DNA of 62,966 nucleotides, counting the filler, from Licmophora abbreviata (taxonomy: Eukaryota): NCBI GenBank assembly GCA_900291995.1. It is 7 parts of 7 records of this genome, joined end to end, with 100 filler letters (N's around TTAATTAATTAA, not from the genome) between each part and the next. Parts side by side here need not be neighbours in the genome. Positions count along the whole stretch, not along the records: positions 1 to 14,036 come from OLMU01002632.1; positions 14,137 to 23,365 come from OLMU01002633.1; 5 more parts are not named here. One strand, 5' to 3'. The position numbers and the translations under genes were made by a program. Position 1 is the first letter of the stretch. Each line of letters starts with the position of its first letter. The notes under the pieces were generated by a model that saw only the letters and a program-made list of their open reading frames with translations, made no database searches and had not been told where the DNA came from. This document shows, in pieces, positions 10,029 through 21,894 of this stretch.

Positions 10029-12308
10029 TGCACTAACTACACTATTTTTTTTCTGCACACTTTTGTGGCGTCCGGCTCCTTCCAAGCTAGCTCTATCCGT
10101 TCCTATCGCTGAGTGCAGGTCTTGCAATAGACGGTGGGATGTCTTGTCCACAGAGTCGCGTACCGGGACACATGTTATACTCGCAACGTGTCCGTCAGGC
10201 CGGACGAGAACGGCCGTAGCTCCATTAGCAGAAGGCAGAAGCATCGATTGTAGAGCTGAGTTCACATCTCGCAACACCACATGCGATCCGTCTGTCGAAA
10301 GTTTTTGTTCGACGCCTATCACCTCAACAGGGATAATCTGCAAGCCTGAAACTGATGCCATACATGTCGCCACGTCAATGAGCACATCGCTTGATCCGCC
10401 GGCTGAACAAAATAATATGAGCGCGAAAGAAGGTCCGTTCAAACAAAGCTGTGAGGGCAGATCCGTCGACGAGACTATAGCCGTCTCGTTTTCGTCCTTT
10501 CGTATCACTCGCATGCTCGGAGGATTGCAGATTGATGCCGAAACGACTTCCAGCTCGGCGTGTGGAAAAAGGGAGCCCACTCTGATTTCGGGCTGCAATC
10601 CTTCGGTGTCTTTCGTCCACTGTTGCCTCTCTCCTGCCTCCTGAGCTAACGTTCCATCGTGATTGTCGTCGTAGCTAAAGCCGAGTTCAAACTTTGGAAA
10701 GAGAAGTGGAAGTCCTGCCCCAAGTTTCAATATGCGTCGAATGTTTCCAGTCAAATGCTGCCCTGTGAAACCCGACGGGTCCTTTAAAGTCGAAAGGGGC
10801 AACATAGCCGTTTCAAGGAGCGTTTGAAATACTTTCTGTCGCGTCTCCAACGAAAAGAGGGTTGACATGCCGTTCAGTAGCGAAATGAGAGCTGCAGGAT
10901 GTCGGTCGTTCAAATAACATGCCTTGCTCAGCTCGACTATTCGGCGGTAATTGCGGACCGAGAGTGCGGCGTTTCTCTGTGCGACCGGTCGTCGTTCCTT
11001 CTCGTACGCATTGAGCAAAGCCACGATAGCACGATGAGAATCTAGACCCGATTGGCGGTCCCGTCTTTTGTACCAAGTCGAAAGCCGCCATGCCAAATTG
11101 TGAGCGTCCTGAATTCCTGTATTCATTCCAAACCCGCCCGCTGGCGGAAAGACATGTGCCGAGTCACCGAGGAGAAGCCCCCCTTGCCCATCGTGATATC
11201 TGTCGGCAACAATCGAGCTCATTGACCAGGGCCGAATCGAGACGATTTCTACCCCCGACGATATTCCGAACGCAGCTTCTACCATGGACTGAACTTGTGG
11301 CTCTGAGAAGTTTTTCTGTGGAGTCTGGTAAGGAGGAAAGAATGGGATCTGCAAAATGTATTCGCCCTCCGAATGGCAGACCATCATTCCAAGTAACTTT
11401 GGGTTATAAATGGAATAGAGCATAGCTTTCGGGAAAGTACTTGCCAATTCTGGTGTCGCGCGAATATGTACGTTCATGAGGTGCTGGATACCCTCTTGTC
11501 CGGTCTTATGAATCCCCCATACCTTCCGACGCAGTTGTGAGTTTGCCCCATCCGCAGCGACGACAATGGGTGCACGATACACAACTTCCGAGACTGTCGC
11601 GTCCAACGACTGGTGTATACGTACCGAGTATGATCCATTGGGGTCGCGGTCGCGTTCGACAAGTGTGACTCTCTGATCGTACAAGATGTGCGTCTCGCGT
11701 CCAGCCTCGCGCAATGCATTGTTGTAGAGAATCCGGCAAAATGTGTGTTGCGCCAAATGGCCCACCGTGCAGGCACTGAGAGGAGAGTCTTGACTGAGGT
11801 CTTGATCCATGTCGCTCGTTTGAGATTGTTCCCCTGCGAATGGCACCAAGACTCCGTTGGCTTCCGTGCGTTTTTGCAGTGGCCGATCGACGGGATGACG
11901 GACTCTCGCCATGATATGGTCCGAGGCCATGGAATAGCCAAAGTTGAAATGCTGCCAGTCAGATACAGGGGGCATGGCACGACATGTCTGCTCATAGACG
12001 TTCGGCAGACAGTTTCGCAGTATCTCCATGGTACGCGTGTTCAGAAAGTGAGCCTGGGGATGAAGAAATCGTTCGGTGGGAGATTGCGCCTCGAACAAGA
12101 CGTGCGGAGTGTTGTAGCGCGAGAGCAGGTTCGACAGGCACAAGCCAGAAGGTCCTCCTCCCACAATGATTATAGGGGTTTCGTGGAAAGTCGTCTTGCG
12201 TGCAGCTGCTGACGCGAGGGTTCTTCGGCAGTAGCGGTAGATCAAGGGAAGACCGGAAAAGAGTGGTTTCCGCAGTCGAAAGAAGGTCAACGGACGGGCC
12301 GCTCTCAT
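10023..12308 (-). CDS. FAD-dependent monooxygenase (aromatic-ring hydroxylase, PheA/TfdB-like), probably with organellar presequence
   Basis: GGGPSG Rossmann motif, AADGANS (DG motif), LLGDSAHVFPPAGGFGMNTGIQDAHNLAW (GD motif), C-terminal VLVRPDGHV; Arg-rich N-terminus from ATG 12308. Confidence 0.9.
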   Translation of the reverse strand: MRAARPLTFFRLRKPLFSGLPLIYRYCRRTLASAAARKTTFHETPIIIVGGGPSGLCLSNLLSRYNTPHVLFEAQSPTERFLHPQAHFLNTRTMEILRNCLPNVYEQTCRAMPPVSDWQHFNFGYSMASDHIMARVRHPVDRPLQKRTEANGVLVPFAGEQSQTSDMDQDLSQDSPLSACTVGHLAQHTFCRILYNNALREAGRETHILYDQRVTLVERDRDPNGSYSVRIHQSLDATVSEVVYRAPIVVAADGANSQLRRKVWGIHKTGQEGIQHLMNVHIRATPELASTFPKAMLYSIYNPKLLGMMVCHSEGEYILQIPFFPPYQTPQKNFSEPQVQSMVEAAFGISSGVEIVSIRPWSMSSIVADRYHDGQGGLLLGDSAHVFPPAGGFGMNTGIQDAHNLAWRLSTWYKRRDRQSGLDSHRAIVALLNAYEKERRPVAQRNAALSVRNYRRIVELSKACYLNDRHPAALISLLNGMSTLFSLETRQKVFQTLLETAMLPLSTLKDPSGFTGQHLTGNIRRILKLGAGLPLLFPKFELGFSYDDNHDGTLAQEAGERQQWTKDTEGLQPEIRVGSLFPHAELEVVSASICNPPSMRVIRKDENETAIVSSTDLPSQLCLNGPSFALILFCSAGGSSDVLIDVATCMASVSGLQIIPVEVIGVEQKLSTDGSHVVLRDVNSALQSMLLPSANGATAVLVRPDGHVASITCVPVRDSVDKTSHRLLQDLHSAIGTDRASLEGAGRHKSVQKKNSVVSAL

Positions 12309-12716
12309 CCTTGTCGCCTTTGACCGCTGCTGGTGAATGAATCCTATCCAATCGAATGAATCGCTGTCAGACAATGTGTATCGTACTCGTTCGGTAGGTC
12401 TGTTTGTTCTAGACTACTTGAACTTGTACTATACGCGGCGTGCGGTGCACAATGGATGCGGTGTGGACTTATCATAGTACACCTTCGTCATGTTTCTATC
12501 ATAACACAATGGCAGTACGATAGCAGACCAAGTTCGAAACTGTTTTTTGTTTTCTTGCAAAATCGAAGAATCGAAGTTTGGTAACCCGGAGCTTTGATTC
12601 ATTGCGGGACGTCTTCGAACCTGTTTCATACGCGTACGAGTAGACAAGGAGTACGAGTAGGCTCGAAATTGAAAATGGAGAGATTGGGCGGCCAGAAGAA
12701 GAAGAAAGCTTCCAGG

Positions 12717-13646
12717 ATGACGAGTACCGCCTCATTCTTACTAGGAGTGCGCTCCGTACAGCATATTCATAGTAGTGGCGCGAGTAAGGTCTTGCATGGC
12801 GCTCGGACTCTTTGCTGTGCAAGATCAAGGATCGACATCAAAGTCAACAGCGCTCTGGTAAGACCTGTGTCGCCTCGACTCGCGGACGCGGTCTCCATGT
12901 CGCCTCGAACCATCTCGTACGAGCTGGCCCATCAACAGCACCAGCACTATGTCCGTACCATCGAAACTATCCTCGGACCGCAACATGTGATCCACTGTCC
13001 TGCGACCAACGACTTCCCAGACTCTTGTTTCGTCGAAGATACCATGGTGGCGATTGGGAATCGCGTCGTAATCACGCGCTTGGGGCATGAATCTCGACGG
13101 GGTGAAGTTGACTCTCTTCAACTTCCGAAATCACTGGACATTATCGATATGCGTCGCGACACGATCTACCCCGACGCACTGTGCGATGGTGGCGATGTTC
13201 TTTTTACAGGGAGACACTTGTTTGTGGGCCTGTCCAACCGGACGAATCGAAATGGTATGCAGGTCCTGCGAGAGGCCTTTCCGGAGTACGAAACTGTGGC
13301 CGTTCCTGTCTTAGGAGCGCTTCACTTGAAGTCGGTCGTAACACACATGGACGAAAATACCTTGGTAGCGTGGGCCGATGCAAGAGCTAACAAGCTCTTG
13401 GACGACATGCAAGCGACTAACCGAGGGTACGAGATTCTTCGAATCCCTGATGCGCTAGCTGCCAATGCACTCTTGATCAATCAACACTTGCTCGTACAGG
13501 ACGTGACCTGTCAGCAGTCCCGGAGTATATTGCAAAAAGCAGCAGACGCGCGGAGTCTTCAAACTCACGTTGTTGACACAAGTGAGTTGGCCAAGTGCGA
13601 CGGGGCACTGACATGCTGCACGGTCTTACTCACACAAGAAACATAG
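12717..13646 (+). CDS. DDAH: Dimethylarginine dimethylaminohydrolase (amidinotransferase/pentein fold)
   Basis: FPDSCFVEDT, SRRGEV, DGGDVLFTG, VGLSNRTN, LHLKS, SELAKCDGALTCC (catalytic Asp/His/Cys retained); start codon uncertain. Confidence 0.88.
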   Translation: MTSTASFLLGVRSVQHIHSSGASKVLHGARTLCCARSRIDIKVNSALVRPVSPRLADAVSMSPRTISYELAHQQHQHYVRTIETILGPQHVIHCPATNDFPDSCFVEDTMVAIGNRVVITRLGHESRRGEVDSLQLPKSLDIIDMRRDTIYPDALCDGGDVLFTGRHLFVGLSNRTNRNGMQVLREAFPEYETVAVPVLGALHLKSVVTHMDENTLVAWADARANKLLDDMQATNRGYEILRIPDALAANALLINQHLLVQDVTCQQSRSILQKAADARSLQTHVVDTSELAKCDGALTCCTVLLTQET

Positions 13647-14036
13647 AACTACTTTCGATCGCTTTGGTGCGCTTCGATACGAAGATGGCCGTCTTCTTCT
13701 ATGGAACTATGTCAATTTACAGTACCAGATAGAATGACAAAGGAATAGCTATGAGCTAAGTGTTCAACATTTCTATCTTCTAACAATCGATCGATCGAGC
13801 TTGGCGGGTGGAGTGTACTTGCGTACTGGGAATTGCCTCGTCTGATACAGTAGGTACGGCTTGACTGACGACGATGATTGCAATGAACTTTCATCAGGAT
13901 TAGCATCGACGATCATGAGAAGGACGTGGGTCAACGCGTCGAGATCATCGCTAGACAAGTTTGAGGCGATAGAATCGATCGAATCGACTTCCGTTTGAGT
14001 TTACCGGGAATCATTTGTACGCCTCCTTGCATCGAC

Positions 14037-14136
14037 NNNNNNNNNNNNNNNNNNNNNNNNNNNNNNNNNNNNNNNNNNNNTTAATTAATTAANNNNNNNN
14101 NNNNNNNNNNNNNNNNNNNNNNNNNNNNNNNNNNNN
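14037..14136. other. Artificial contig linker (N44-TTAATTAATTAA-N44)
   Basis: 100-nt spacer with six-frame stop cassette, identical at six positions. Confidence 0.98.
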
Positions 14137-14378
14137 ACTGAGACGTGAGACGCGGTGATGACGCGGTGAAACTTTGAAAGAAAAACTGAGATTGGCGCGC
14201 TCTCTAATAATGTCATGACAGAGTATGCATTTATTATCGCTTAAGATGACTATTCTGTCGTCATCGCGCACCTTTCCGCCGCCACCTTATTCTCGGTCCT
14301 CGCAGCGAGTGGTCGACTTGACTCAATGAGCAAAATGAAAGATTGAGAGTGACGCATGTCGAGCCTTGCTGGTCGACG

Positions 14379-15866
14379 ATGAGCACCACGGGCACATTGA
14401 CTACAGTGTCGGCTCCTGGAAAGGTTCTCCTGGTCGGAGGATACCTGATTCTGGAGGAGCCGAATGAGGGGCTGGTGATCGCAGCTGACAAACGATTCTA
14501 TTGCACGATAGAGAAGACGCCACAAACCGTACCGCCAGTGGATGGCGCTGCCGCAGAGGACATCGCAATCAGAGTGCACAGCCCTCAGTTCCACGAATCC
14601 TGGGGATATACTTTCAGTCGGCACGACCATTCCGTACGACTGGCATCCGATTCCGAGGGTGGCCCCAGCAACTCGTTTGTGGAAAAGACATTACGAGTGA
14701 CGTTGGCGTATCTTGCCGTCCGGCAGCCAGCATTTCACCAGTCAGTCCTGTCGCTCGACATCACGATTCGCGCGGACAATGATTTCTACAGCGTTCTTCC
14801 TCATCTCAAGGCAAGAAATTGGGAAGCCACGTTCAAGAATGTTGTCGCGCTTCCAAAGTGTCTGCCATGTCCTCGAGATGAACACGGCCAGACAGTTGTG
14901 CACAAGACGGGGCTTGGAAGCAGTGCTGCGTTGGTGACCAGTCTAGTTGGAGCATTATTGCAGACGCTTCGACTAGAGTCTGAGTCCCATTTGTGGGAAG
15001 AGCAGACGCACCGCTTGGCTCAGATATGCCATTGTCATGCACAAGGAAAAGTAGGGAGCGGGTTCGATGTCAGCGCCGCCGTTCACGGCTCGCACGTTTA
15101 TCGTCGCTTTCCAAAGCGTCTACTAGGTGATCTGCTGAACGAGCTCGATGGTTCAGACAACAAACATCAAAGTCATGGGATGTTGTCCTTGGAAATGGCG
15201 GCGGCTATTCAGCATCTTGTCGATCATATGGACTGGTCAGGTGGACTGGTCACTCCGCTCGCCTTGCCCAAGGGCTTGCAACTCATGCTGGCAGACGTGG
15301 GCGGTGGATCGGAGAGCCCCTCCATGGCCCGCCGGGTGCTACAATGGAAGAAAGATGAACGTGACAATGCCGGGGAGACGCCACTGTACTGGAGACGACT
15401 GTCTGAGCTGAATAGTGAACTTGTCGGTGTTCTACGGCGCGCCCCTCCATTGGACATAGCGGAGGTGACCGCCTTGGCCAGCTTGTCTCTGGAGAAGGAC
15501 AAATTACAAACACCCAATGATCTTTTGGAGCTTCGAAGACTTTTCATTGAGGTTCGTTCAAACCTTCGGTCCATTGGAGAAGCAGTCGGTGTGCCCGTCG
15601 AGCCAGGTGCTCAAACCATTCTGGCTGACGCGACCATGAATCTTCCGGGTGTTATCGCGGCACTTGTTCCGGGAGCAGGTGGCTATGACGCCATGGCATG
15701 TTTATGCGTAGACAGCGTTGCGGTCCGTGAGGCCGTCGGGACGCTTTGGGCTGGATGGAAAGATGCGCCCGTGTGTCCGCTCGCGGTACAAGCTGCTAGT
15801 TACGGTGAGGGTATCGCTGTTGAGCAGAATTTCCAGCTACACGCTCACGAGGCAGACGAAAGTTAA
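14379..15866 (+). CDS. ERG8: Phosphomevalonate kinase, ERG8/GHMP type
   Basis: VSAPGKVLLVGGYLILE, DNDFYS, KTGLGSSAALVTSLV, HC.AQGKVGSGFDVSAAV.GS, GGSESPSM, VPGAGGYDA. Confidence 0.93.
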   Translation: MSTTGTLTTVSAPGKVLLVGGYLILEEPNEGLVIAADKRFYCTIEKTPQTVPPVDGAAAEDIAIRVHSPQFHESWGYTFSRHDHSVRLASDSEGGPSNSFVEKTLRVTLAYLAVRQPAFHQSVLSLDITIRADNDFYSVLPHLKARNWEATFKNVVALPKCLPCPRDEHGQTVVHKTGLGSSAALVTSLVGALLQTLRLESESHLWEEQTHRLAQICHCHAQGKVGSGFDVSAAVHGSHVYRRFPKRLLGDLLNELDGSDNKHQSHGMLSLEMAAAIQHLVDHMDWSGGLVTPLALPKGLQLMLADVGGGSESPSMARRVLQWKKDERDNAGETPLYWRRLSELNSELVGVLRRAPPLDIAEVTALASLSLEKDKLQTPNDLLELRRLFIEVRSNLRSIGEAVGVPVEPGAQTILADATMNLPGVIAALVPGAGGYDAMACLCVDSVAVREAVGTLWAGWKDAPVCPLAVQAASYGEGIAVEQNFQLHAHEADES

Positions 15867-16273
15867 CGCGGGGGGGGGAAGCTCCCGATTCCGGCTTGTA
15901 GATGCAATCATCTATAGACCTTCGAACGACATAACGTAAAGTTTGGAGCTGAGTCATGAGTTATTAGATAGACGGGACTCGACCAAGCTTCCACGCAAGT
16001 CATCGACCGACGACGGGAAGACATGTTCGCTTTCCGCCGCGAACTACTCTTAACTTGAAACTGTGTGAGCATCGATTTGTTTGCCATCAACTCTGCAACT
16101 CGAAATGCGTCAGTTTCTTCGGCGTCGTTGTCGTATGTTGTCGACGTTCAGGCACAACAAATTGGATTCAGATCGGACTCAGCGTGGCTGCACGTGATTG
16201 ACTTTAAGAAGTAGCCGTATTACAGTAGCGCCCCATCAAGACTGTAGACTCGCTAGACTGAGGAAAGAAAGGG

Positions 16274-19200
16274 ATGCCGCGTCAGTTGTACCCTCAGACG
16301 AAGCTCAAGACGTCGTGTCGATCTCAGAGGAAGAGCACTATGGTTGCCTGGGTGTGCTTGTCAACGTTATCAAGCGCAAGGGCAGCGTTTCTAAGCAACT
16401 CCAGAACAGTCACCCGGTCGACCTCGTTTCTGAAAAACCAAGTGTCCGGTGTACGTACCGGTATGCCGCATCTCATTGGATCTCGGTGGTCGAGCCCGAC
16501 GTCTCTCGCCGTGTCGACAGCGACAGAGCCCAAGCGGAGTTACGATGATGTAAACAAGGAACGAGGGCTGGACAAGTATGAACCCTCTGCTTTCGAATCG
16601 GAAATTTACTCGTGGTGGGAAAAGTCAGGGTGCTTTCAGCCTGATGCCAAGCAGCCGGAAGACGCAAAGTCCAAGAAGGAACCGTATGTACTGCCGATGC
16701 CGCCACCAAACGTCACGGGGCGGCTGCACATGGGCCACGCCATTTTTGTCGCTTTACAGGATGTCTTGGCGAGATTTCATCGGATGCGGGGCCGTCCTGT
16801 GTTGTGGTTGCCTGGAACTGACCACGCAGGTATTGCGACGCAGTTGCAGGTTGAACGGCTCTTGTTGCAGGAAGGGACCACACGAGAGGAGGTTGGGCGT
16901 GAAGAATTCTTGCGAAGAACTTGGGAATACAAGGAACTTCAGGGTGGCCATATCACACGTCAACTGCGTTGTTTGGGGGCGTCGGCAGATTGGACCCGTG
17001 AGCGATTTACAATGGATGCGGATCTTAGTCAAGGTGTGACGGAGGCGTTTGTGAGACTTCATGAGAAAGGCCTCGTCTACCGTGGAGAGTACATGGTGAA
17101 CTGGGCACCTTTGCTAAAGACTGCAGTGAGTGATTTGGAGGTGGATTATTCGGATGAAGAGGGGAAACTCTACTACTTCAAATACATGGTGGAGGACAGC
17201 GAAGGTGAGTCGCTATTTATTTTGACGTGTGTGTGACTCCACAAAACACGGAGGCATGATACGATCGGCTGAAATTTCCTTTCGCCTCTATCGACAGAGT
17301 TCCTTCCTGTGGCAACCACACGACCAGAGACGATTTGCGGAGATACGGCAGTTTGTGTACACCCCGAGGACAAGCGATACAACCATCTTGTCGGAAAGAG
17401 TGTTGTTGTTCCAATGGGTGGTGGTCGAGTTATCCCGATCATTGCAGACGATTACGTCGACATGGAGTTTGGTACCGGAGCTCTGAAGATTACACCAGGC
17501 CACGATCCCAATGATTACGCAATTGGGAAGAAATTTGACCTCCCCATAATCAACATCATGAACAAAGACGGTTCGCTCAATGCTAATGCTGGTGACTACG
17601 ATGGTCTCGATCGATTCGATGCCCGGATCAAACTGTGGCAAGACATTGACGATGCTGGTCTTGCAATCAAAGTAAGTGTCAATATGTTATGGACAACTGT
17701 ACCACCGCCACCGTTTGTTGTCTCACTGGTCTGCATGTCTCCAAAAGGTTGATCCGCATACTCAACGAGTTCCAAGATCCCAGCGTGGTGGAGAAATCAT
17801 TGAACCGCTTGTCAGTAGTCAGTGGTTTGTCAAGACGGAAGGTATGGGCGCGAAAGCGCTCAAGGCTGTTCAGGATGGGGATATCAAGATTGTCCCCCAG
17901 AGATTCGATAAAATTTGGAATAACTGGCTGACTGATATTCATGATTGGTGTATCTCGCGGCAGCTGTGGTGGGGCCACCGCATCCCTGTGTGGTACGTCG
18001 GAGAGACCGGCGAAGACGAATATATTGTTGCCCGGAGTGAAGCCGAAGCTCGTGAAAAGGCGGTGTCGGTGGGGCACCCCGAAGGCGTCGCGCTACGCCA
18101 AGAAGAAGACGTTCTTGACACTTGGTTTAGTTCGGGTCTTTGGCCTTTTGCAACGGTAGGATGGCCCCAGAACGAAAACGTCAAGGGATCGGATCTAGAA
18201 CGTTTCTACCCTGGAACGTGCCTCGAAACCGGGTACGACATCATTTTCTTCTGGGTCGCTCGAATGGTAATGATGGGTTTGGAGCTGACTGGAAAGTCTC
18301 CATTCAGTGTGATCTACTTGCACGGTCTTGTTCGCGCCGCCGATGGCAGCAAGATGTCCAAGACAAAAGGAAATGTAATCGACCCCCTGGATACTGTCTC
18401 CGAGTATGGCGCAGACAGCCTGCGATATTCGCTCGTGACGGGTGTAACACCCGGGCAGGTAAGCGAGACAAAGGGATAGGAGCAAGCAACCTCTTGTTCC
18501 GCCGATCGTCCAACTCAACTTCCCCCAAACGCTTCACCTAATGTAGGATATCCCTTTGAACATGGAAAAGATAGAAGCAAACCGCAATTTTGCCAACAAA
18601 TTGTGGAATTGCTGCAAGTTCGTTTCCGGTAATGCACTGAAGGGAATCACGGACGACGACATGGCGGAGCTCGGCGTTGACGGCCCCATCACGCAAGATG
18701 AGTTCGACTCGTTCTCTCTACCAGAACGCTACATTGTTTCCAAGTGTCATACTCTAGTTGCCAGTGTGACGAAAGACATCGAGAACTACCAGCTCGGCGC
18801 CGCCGGGAGCAAGGTATACGAGTTCTTGTGGGATCAATACGCGGACTGGTACATTGAAATTTCCAAGACGCGTTTGTACGAAGGTGCCGGAGGCGGGGAC
18901 GAAAACGAAGCGAAGGCAGCTCGGCGGGTGCTTGTGTATGTGTTGGACACGAGCTTGCGACTGCTTCATCCGTACATGCCGTACGTGACGGAGCAGCTCT
19001 GGCACCACCTACCGCGTTCGAACCCATCAAAAGAACAGGCGACACACTCGCTCATGTTGGCCGACTGGCCACAAATGAACGACGATCTTCCTTTGGTGAC
19101 AAGCGAGGAAGACGAGTCCACATTTGCGTGCTTCCAAGCTCTGACTCGTAGCATTCGAAACGCTCGTGCCGAATACAACGTCGAACCGGGAAAGCGCATC

Positions 19201-19614
19201 TCGGCCGTTGTTGTGGCCAAGGGTGATCTGCGAGAAGCGCTGGAGACAGAAGGAAAGTCGCTGGTTGCCTTGGCCAAATTGGATCCCGATAAGATTATTT
19301 TCTACGAGGCAGGTAGTGACGAAGCCAAGGTAGTATCCGAGGACGACGACTCTGTTCAGTTGGTAGTTCAAGACGGAGTCGAAGCGTTCCTTCCACTGTC
19401 TGGTTTAATCGATCCTGAGAAGGAGCGCGTTCGGTTGACGAAGCAGAGCGAGAAGTTGGCCAAGGAGATTGAGAAACTGTCAGGACGTTTAAAGTCTAAG
19501 GGATTCGTCGACAAAGCACCGGCTGCTGTAGTCGACAAGGCGAAGAGTGAATTATTGGAACTGGAAGATCAGGCGGCCAAGCTCCAAAGTAGCCTATTAG
19601 CACTTCCGCATTAA
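16274..19614 (+). CDS. valS: Valine--tRNA ligase, organellar (bacterial-type), 4 exons
   Basis: [13 protein letters not shown] (HIGH), [38 protein letters not shown]-terminal coiled coil FVDKAP; introns 17205-17297, 17672-17747, 18459-18546; signal-like segment ending SSARAA|F; second in-frame ATG at 16340. Confidence 0.96.
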
Positions 19615-19705
19615 AAAATTCTAACTTGGACATTCGAATCAGCTTGAGTGTACATCGCATGCTTTTTCTTTGCACTAACATAGTAAGGTATTGTGGATTC
19701 TACCG

Positions 19706-20664
19706 TCATTCGTCGGGAGCTCTCGAGAGACATGGCAAAGACCATTCTTTGATGCCAGCCGTATACTGTCCAGGCATGTGGTTGGTATCGCCGTACAACT
19801 CCAGGGCCCACGACCCAAACTTTCCATCATGTGAAATAATTCTGGAAAACATGGTGATTCCACCCAGCGGCCAAGGTCCTAGTTTTGATTGTGTGACAGT
19901 CTCCGCTCCTTCGAAGTGCAAGGCAATGGCTTGGTCGCACGGTGCGTGGCTGACAATGCAGATGTTAACTCCAGGTTCATGATCCAAAAGTCTAGACACG
20001 GTAGTAGCGCATCGAGTCAATAATGCATCTTCGGTTTCGATGAAGTGCGGCGCTCCCGTAGGTACAATGGGACTATCGTCGGGCACCACTGGATTGACTG
20101 ATTTGTACGAGGAATCAATCGAAGTGAAGAGTTGGGCCAGCTTCGCCGCAGGCCTCGGCTCTGTCTTGACACCATTGGGTTCGACAAGTAAAGACGGAGT
20201 CAACCATTCGGTCAGTCCTGCTTCAATCTTGACCGGAACAGTCGGGGATAGTTCTGATGCAACGATGTGAGCCGTGTGCGTCGTCCTGAGAAAGGGCGAA
20301 GTGAAGACTACCCGCGGAGCGTTTTCGGAGCTGGAAGCAATTCGTTGCGCGATACTCGTTGCGTGGTCCACGCCTTCGTTGGGGTCAATATCGCCTAAAT
20401 GAAAGAATGGAGAGACAAGAGTCCCCGTGAGCAGGGAAGAGCGTTTTCTGTGCTATTTCTTGGTATTTAGAGCTTGTACCGGCACAGTAGGTCTAGTCAG
20501 CGGCGGAGGGGTGCAAGGTAGGTGTCCCTGTACCGTTATTAGTTTGTGGCGAGGACTGAGAACTCACTGTCAAACGGCCCTAGATTCTCCACAAGCGGGA
20601 ATTCCGTCAGCCCATACCGAACGATCCATACGCACTGCTTTCGGTTCGAGTCAAGGGTCTCCAT
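19706..20664 (-). CDS. Histidine phosphatase (phosphoglycerate mutase) superfamily protein with RYG in place of RHG (2 exons)
   Basis: Exon 1 (20664-20568) METLDSNRKQCVWIVRYGLTEFPLVENLGPFD; intron 20567-20395; exon 2 has VFTSPFLRTTHTA, IEAGLTEW and ICIVSHAP. Confidence 0.75.
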
Positions 20665-20805
20665 TGTTCGCTCTGAATCGAAAGTGGAAAGTGGAGACTT
20701 GAAGCGGGATGTTCATTGTCGAGTTTATTGTTGAGACTGAGGAACTTGGAATTTGAGCGAAATGACGCAAGAAGTTTATTGGCGCGCCCGCCCGACCAAT
20801 ACAAA

Positions 20806-20843
20806 CGACTCGCTCGACTCAGAATGGACTCGACTCACTCGAC
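20806..20843 (+). promoter_or_regulatory. Candidate cis-element cluster (CGACTC repeats containing GACTCACTCGAC) in a divergent intergenic region
   Basis: Exact 12-mer at 20832-20843, about 115 nt upstream of the OPA3 ATG; the same 12-mer recurs at three other non-coding sites. Confidence 0.4.
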
Positions 20844-20956
20844 CCAACTGCTCAAACTTTCAACTTCCAACTTGAAACTTTCGCAAACACTCTCTTGCAA
20901 CAGCGTTCGACTTCGTCGTCGTCGCTGCCAAATCTTCGACTTGTGCCTCCCCTGTC

Positions 20957-21740
20957 ATGGTTGCAGCCCTTCCGTACGTTCGTTTGCTTCCTATGGGGCC
21001 AACCTTGATCGGCGCTTAATGTCTAGTTTGCTCACTCGCTCTAATCATTGCAGTTTTCTCACTCGCTCGTCGCGTCGCTCGTCACTCACAGCGTAACGAA
21101 ACTAGCCAGTCTCTTGATCAAGACGTTGGCAAAACCTCTCTCCAAGAGAATCAAACATGAATTCTCTCGCTACAAGCTGGGACAGAGCATCCTGGTCGGA
21201 ATCGGACAATCGAATCACATCATTACGTCGCGCATGACCATATGGAGCGCTGGATATCGTGTACGTAGTATTACTCCGCTCGAAGAGTCCAAAGCCATGG
21301 CGCAAGGAGCCGACTTTGTTGGAGAGTCCTTTATACTCATGGTCAGCGGAGGAATCATTGTCTGGGAGTACAATCGCGGAAGAGAAAAGGATCGCACCAA
21401 GCGACAACAGATTCGAGAGGAGGCCCGGGCCCAGCGAGAAGCCTTGCAAGCGAAGCTATTGACCCTCGATTCGAGATTAAAGGCATTGGAGGTTGTCGTA
21501 CAGGCAAACACTCAGTCTTTAGTAGTATTTGGTGGGAAAAGATATGAGGCGCCGACAGATACAGTTCCTATAGATGATGACGAGCGACCGCTGCCTCTCA
21601 CTCCTGACTTGGAGGCCGCGACTATTGAAGAGCAGACAGAGAGAACAGTGGAGGTGGTCCAAGATACTGAAGCGTCAACTGCTGGTACTCGTCACGCTCA
21701 AGAAGCACCATGGAAGTGGTGGGTTTGGAGGCCGTGGTAG
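20957..21740 (+). CDS. OPA3: OPA3-like mitochondrial protein (2 exons)
   Basis: Intron 20974-21091 gives MVAALPVTKLASLLIKTLAKPLSKRIK; PLEESKAMAQGADFVGESFILMV...WEY.R followed by a coiled coil. Confidence 0.88.
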
Positions 21741-21894
21741 TAGCACTCATGTTGTGGTAGATGTGCAGCGTTATCATACTAGTGTTCAACCAGGTATCAG
21801 ATTCAGTACACACACCTGGAACAGGCTTGTAGAGTACAGGCACTGGTGCCGCAAACAGTATCAGTGTGTGAAAGTAGTGTGCCCCTTCTCGTTT

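Noticed and set aside
10023..13646. FAD monooxygenase and DDAH as a divergent metabolic gene cluster
   Set aside because: No known shared pathway; head-to-head arrangement is common throughout this compact window.
13712..13958. Short minus-strand ORFs near the end of contig 1
   Set aside because: The longer-looking ORF has a non-ATG start with an in-frame stop just upstream; no recognisable motif in either.
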